Shown here piece after piece: positions 60,664 through 64,000 of a DNA stretch of 64,000 nt. The stretch's first letter is position 1. Every line of letters begins with the position of its first letter. The stretch spans positions 4,357 through 68,356 of the forward strand of contig CANHCY010000007.1 in assembly GCA_947459295.1 (NCBI GenBank), read 5' to 3'. The stretch comes from Chitinophagaceae bacterium. GTDB lineage: Bacteria > Bacteroidota > Bacteroidia > Chitinophagales > Chitinophagaceae. The position numbers and the translations under genes were made by a program. The notes under the pieces were generated by a model, which was not told where the DNA came from, ran no database searches, and saw only the letters and a program-made list of their open reading frames with translations.

Positions 60664-60735
60664 AACTGGGGGTTTTTTCACTGATAGGGGCAAGTGCCAG
60701 TTGCTCGTCCTATCAGCATCCACGTCGCGATCTGA
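60664..60735 (-). promoter_or_regulatory. Putative attenuator: three mutually exclusive hairpins in the arg leader
   Basis: UCAG-AUC/GAU-CUGA (60735-60713); CUGAUAGG/CCUAUCAG + GCAA/UUGC (60716-60681); AACUGG/CCAGUU + CACU/AGUG (60702-60664); then a U/C-rich tract. Confidence 0.55.
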
Positions 60736-60823
60736 CCACAAGCCTAGACACAGAAACAGGTCCCATACAAATAGATGTTGGAAGACATATTGAGTTTCTA
60801 TATTGAAATGCTGTTTTCACCAT
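60713..60823 (-). CDS. Putative Arg-rich leader peptide of the arg operon (36 aa)
   Basis: ATG...TGA ORF MVKTAFQYRNSICLPTSICMGPVSVSRLVVRSRRGC*; Arg codons AGG, AGA, CGA, CGT among the last 10 codons. Confidence 0.65.
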   Translation of the reverse strand: MVKTAFQYRNSICLPTSICMGPVSVSRLVVRSRRGC

Positions 60824-60848
60824 TTGGTATATTGTGCTTTTGAAGCTG

Positions 60849-60856
60849 TAAAAATA
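60849..60856 (-). promoter_or_regulatory. Probable -7 element of the arg operon promoter
   Basis: TATTTTTA (one mismatch to TAnnTTTG), 25 nt upstream of the leader ATG and downstream of the preceding terminator. Confidence 0.45.
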
Positions 60857-60925
60857 GGTTAGTTTGCAGTAAAATAAGGGGTTTTCCACAAAAAATCCTC
60901 ATTTTCACTAACAGTTGTAAGCATT

Positions 60926-60958
60926 AAAAAAGGCTACCTCGGTTAGAAGTAGCCTTTT
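60926..60958 (-). terminator. Intrinsic terminator of the beta-barrel gene, insulating the arg operon
   Basis: Minus strand GGCUACUUC-UAACC-GAGGUAGCC-UUUUUU. Confidence 0.88.
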
Positions 60959-60976
60959 GAAGTATCATCATTTCGT

Positions 60977-63853
60977 TTACTGTCCTCCACCTCTGTAGGT
61001 GCGCATCATATTATTCATTTGACGTTCTGCGCCTGGCATTTGCATCATTCGCATCATTGGATTTTGAGGCCCTTGTGTTGCTCCAAACTTGCGCAAATTA
61101 TACGTAAAGCTAATCATGAAATAACGCTTTAAAACACGGGTTTGTAAATCTTGAATAAAGTTGCTCGTTACATTTCTAGAAATACTGATATTTTGATTTA
61201 ATAAATCAAACACATAAAACTTTAATTCGCCGGCTTTATTTTTTAGCATTTGCTTAGACAAGCTTGCATTCCAAAGTGGGATACTTGTATTAAATCCTTC
61301 GCTTCTTCCCGCATTATAAATGTAATCAAAGTCAGTAGATAGAACCCAGCCGCTCTTTGAATAAATAGTTGCTTCTGTAGAAATGGTTTGACTAAAGAAA
61401 TCTCCATTTTGTTGAGGCTGTAAAGTATATCTAGCCATTGTCAAATTAGAGTTAGAAGAGAAATTCATATCGAACCCTTCTTTGATATTAGTCGTCCAAG
61501 AAATCGTTCCACCCAAATTGGTATTGCGTGTAAAATTGCTAATACTATTTACCAGTGTTTGTGTTTGACTACGAGAGACATTAGCCATTAAGTTCAAATT
61601 GCTTTTTGGCTTTTTAATTGGAAAACCATAATTGAAAAATCCATTTACATTGTAGGTACCACTAAGGTTAACAGGCTTAATGGTTTGCACACCGCCACCA
61701 GAAATGGTTGTTGAATTTTGAATATCATTTTCAATAAAACTTCCACTCAAGGTTGCAAAAATTATTTTTTGAGTAAAAATATCGAATGAATTAAATAAGA
61801 ATCTAAATGAGTGTGAGAATTGTTGTTTTAAATTAGGATTACCTGTTCTGATAAGGAGCGGATTACTATTATCAATAACTGGCTGTAACTGCTCTGCACT
61901 AGGTTGTGCCGTACGTCCATTGTAAAACAATCGTAAATTTTTAGACTTTGTGAAATCGTATCTAAAATTAGCAGATGGAAACAAATTTACAAAGTGTTGC
62001 TTTAGATTAACATTGGTACTAATGTTTTTACTTACTAAATCACCAACCTGAAGTCCAGACCCAATGCTGAAATTATATTTAGCTTCTTGAACTCGGTAGT
62101 TCACAGTAAGTCTGTTGGCATTAAAGGTATTTTCAAAAATATTGCTCAAATTAGGAACAGCAATATCATATTCATTAGTTAGTTTATTATAGCCCTGTGT
62201 TGCCCTTCCAGAATTATTAATATTACTTGAAATGTTATAATTAAATTCTAGTTGCTTGTTTTTACCGATAGGCTCTGTGTATGATAAAGTAGCACTATTG
62301 TTTTTACCATCGCGGTTAGTGGTATATATCTGATCTAGTGTGTCGATATAGTTACGAAATGGCAAATTAAACTCATTTACAGACAAGTTACTTCCAGACC
62401 CGTCATTGGTATTATAACTGCTATTTAAGCCAATAGAATAAGTGCGGCCGCGTTTTGCAAAACGGTGTCTAAACGTTGCCTCCAAACTTCCGCTGATGCC
62501 CTGATTGTCTCTTATAGAGTTTACGCGAGAGCTATTTAAGCTTGCGATTTTACCACGTGTAGAACTTGTTGTTTGAAAGGTTTCTGAATGTGTATTTTGA
62601 AAACTAATATTAGGTCTAATAATTAAACTATTGCTGGTATCAAAATTAGTTTCGATATTAAAATTGATACGGTGATTTTTATTATTAGTTACTGAACTTT
62701 GTACCTGCTTGCTAAAAATAGAAGAGTCGGTACTGCCTGTAACTAAATTTTCAGTTAAGCTGTTTTGATCTCTATTGGTTGTTTGATCGTTGAAAAAGTA
62801 ACTTCCAGAAAATTGGGTTTTTTTACCCCAGTTATCCTTATAATTTAAACCAGCTGAGAGTGTTTTTACAATACCACCACCACCAGTTCCAAGCAGTCCG
62901 GCGCCACCACCGCCACCCATGGTTGCACCGCCGCCGCCGCGACCACCACCGCCACCACCACCAAAGCTGCCACCACCTAGTGAACCAAGCATGTCTTGTA
63001 CAGAAAAGTTTTGCTTGTTTACGTTATTGGCCTGACCCGTAAATGTGATTTGTTGGTCGCCATTAAATTTACTGATGTTGATATTATTATCATACAACGC
63101 ATCGTCACTATTGGCGCCTGCACCAAGTGCTGCTCTGCCAAAATAACCTTTACGCTTGTCTTTACGGGTTGTGATATTAATTGTTTTAACACGGTTACCA
63201 TCATCAAATCCAGTAAATGCACTCTGATCACTTGCCGCATCAAATACTTGAATTTTGTCAATGATATCTGGAGGTAAATTTCTGGTTGCCATTTTTGGAT
63301 CATCACCAAAAAAACGTTTACCATCTACAAGTACTCGTTGTACCGTTTCACCTTGCGCCTTAATACCACCATCTTTATCAACTTGAATACCAGGAATTTT
63401 TTTAAGTAAATCTTCGGCAACTGCATTGGGTTTTGTTTTAAAAGCAGACGCCGTAAATTCTACGGTATCTTTTTTCATTTGAACCGGCGATTGCGATACG
63501 GTTACATTACCTAAATCATTAGCAGCTTGCTTTAAATAAATTTTACCAAGATCAACTAGGCTATTTTTTGCTGAAAAAGTGATTTTTTTTGAAAATGGTT
63601 CGTAACCCTGGAATTTTACCTCAACTAACATTTCACCAAATGGAGCATTGTTAATGATAAAACTACCATCTGCTTTAGCAAGTGTAAAAACTTCTAGTGA
63701 TGAATCACTGGCCGCTAATACAACAATAGATGCGTCTTTTAGAGATTGCTTATTTAAAGAATCAATTAAAATTCCTTTTACGGTTGCTACAGATTGAGCG
63801 CTCGCAAAAGAAACTAAAAATACAAGGGAAAGTAACGAGAGTAATTTTTTCAT
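60977..63853 (-). CDS. Outer-membrane beta-barrel / TonB-dependent-receptor-like protein with N-terminal CarboxypepD-like domain
   Basis: Signal peptide; KKDTVEF.A, EDLLKKIPG, VLVDGKRFFGDDP, TINITT plug pattern; GNPNLK; terminal strand RYFMISFTYN. Confidence 0.85.
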   Translation of the reverse strand: MKKLLSLLSLVFLVSFASAQSVATVKGILIDSLNKQSLKDASIVVLAASDSSLEVFTLAKADGSFIINNAPFGEMLVEVKFQGYEPFSKKITFSAKNSLVDLGKIYLKQAANDLGNVTVSQSPVQMKKDTVEFTASAFKTKPNAVAEDLLKKIPGIQVDKDGGIKAQGETVQRVLVDGKRFFGDDPKMATRNLPPDIIDKIQVFDAASDQSAFTGFDDGNRVKTINITTRKDKRKGYFGRAALGAGANSDDALYDNNINISKFNGDQQITFTGQANNVNKQNFSVQDMLGSLGGGSFGGGGGGGRGGGGATMGGGGGAGLLGTGGGGIVKTLSAGLNYKDNWGKKTQFSGSYFFNDQTTNRDQNSLTENLVTGSTDSSIFSKQVQSSVTNNKNHRINFNIETNFDTSNSLIIRPNISFQNTHSETFQTTSSTRGKIASLNSSRVNSIRDNQGISGSLEATFRHRFAKRGRTYSIGLNSSYNTNDGSGSNLSVNEFNLPFRNYIDTLDQIYTTNRDGKNNSATLSYTEPIGKNKQLEFNYNISSNINNSGRATQGYNKLTNEYDIAVPNLSNIFENTFNANRLTVNYRVQEAKYNFSIGSGLQVGDLVSKNISTNVNLKQHFVNLFPSANFRYDFTKSKNLRLFYNGRTAQPSAEQLQPVIDNSNPLLIRTGNPNLKQQFSHSFRFLFNSFDIFTQKIIFATLSGSFIENDIQNSTTISGGGVQTIKPVNLSGTYNVNGFFNYGFPIKKPKSNLNLMANVSRSQTQTLVNSISNFTRNTNLGGTISWTTNIKEGFDMNFSSNSNLTMARYTLQPQQNGDFFSQTISTEATIYSKSGWVLSTDFDYIYNAGRSEGFNTSIPLWNASLSKQMLKNKAGELKFYVFDLLNQNISISRNVTSNFIQDLQTRVLKRYFMISFTYNLRKFGATQGPQNPMMRMMQMPGAERQMNNMMRTYRGGGQ
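62874..62977 (-). repeat. Poly-glycine low-complexity insert (GGN codon run) in the beta-barrel gene
   Basis: (cca/ccg)n on the plus strand encoding GGGSFGGGGGGGRGGGGATMGGGGGAGLLGTGGGG. Confidence 0.8.
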
Positions 63854-63875
63854 AAAAAGGTGCTAATAGGCGGTG

Positions 63876-63883
63876 CAAAGTTA
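63876..63883 (-). promoter_or_regulatory. Housekeeping -7 element for the beta-barrel gene
   Basis: TAACTTTG on the minus strand. Confidence 0.55.
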
Positions 63884-63894
63884 ATCTATAATGC

Positions 63895-63921
63895 TAGACA
63901 GATAATGTTTAAAAAAGTTTA
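63895..63921 (-). promoter_or_regulatory. Putative ECF-dependent promoter for the beta-barrel gene
   Basis: TAAAC-TTTTTTAAACATTATCT(17)-GTCTA, same architecture as the two motifs at the ECF locus. Confidence 0.55.
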
Positions 63922-64000
63922 AAGGCAAGGTAGCAGGATAATAGGGCAATGTGATTGAATATCGGTGAGAACCCTTTGAATAAGGATAAAGTTTGTTAAT

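Noticed and set aside
60882-60890. DnaA-box match TTTTCCACA (and weak matches near 6722-6741)
   Set aside because: Isolated boxes with no cluster or DUE; expected by chance.
60633-60925. ArgR (ARG box) operator or a known riboswitch in the arg leader
   Set aside because: I could not see a TGAATA..ATTCA-like tandem palindrome or recognisable riboswitch/T-box motifs; an Rfam scan is needed to exclude this formally.
1-64000. CRISPR arrays, tRNA/rRNA genes, IS/integrase/prophage or defence genes
   Set aside because: None seen; intergenic gaps are short and every long ORF has a housekeeping or envelope assignment.

Overview
AT-rich (by eye roughly 35-40% GC), very compact core chromosome of a Bacteroidota cell. 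Gene content and protein style suggest a Chitinophagaceae/Sediminibacterium-like organism (inference). In order: OPT and POT peptide transporters, purD, mreBCD-mrdA-rodA, an ECF sigma/anti-sigma/Spy-like triad, alkA, SPFH, M23 peptidase, alaS, gatB, TlpA, a stand-alone RagAB-like SusC/SusD pair, MMPL/RND, rpoN, kdnA, DsbA, GH3-serine hydrolase fusion, PorZ, PliI-like protein, icmF, ridA, tsaB, ArsR + CstB-like persulfide dioxygenase, lpxL, ispG, a degenerate class D beta-lactamase-like lipoprotein, FKBP, a complete 8-gene arginine biosynthesis operon and a large outer-membrane beta-barrel gene. I saw no tRNA, rRNA, CRISPR or mobile element. The most interesting signal is an unannotated 36-codon leader ORF (60713-60823, minus) ahead of the arg operon. 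Four of its last ten codons are Arg, and it is followed by three mutually exclusive hairpins, the layout expected of a ribosome-coupled arginine attenuator. Second is a motif TAAAC-N17-GTCYA found three times in promoter position (ECF sigma gene, anti-sigma gene, distant beta-barrel gene), suggesting a small ECF regulon. All calls come from reading motifs by eye; no searches or folding programs were run.
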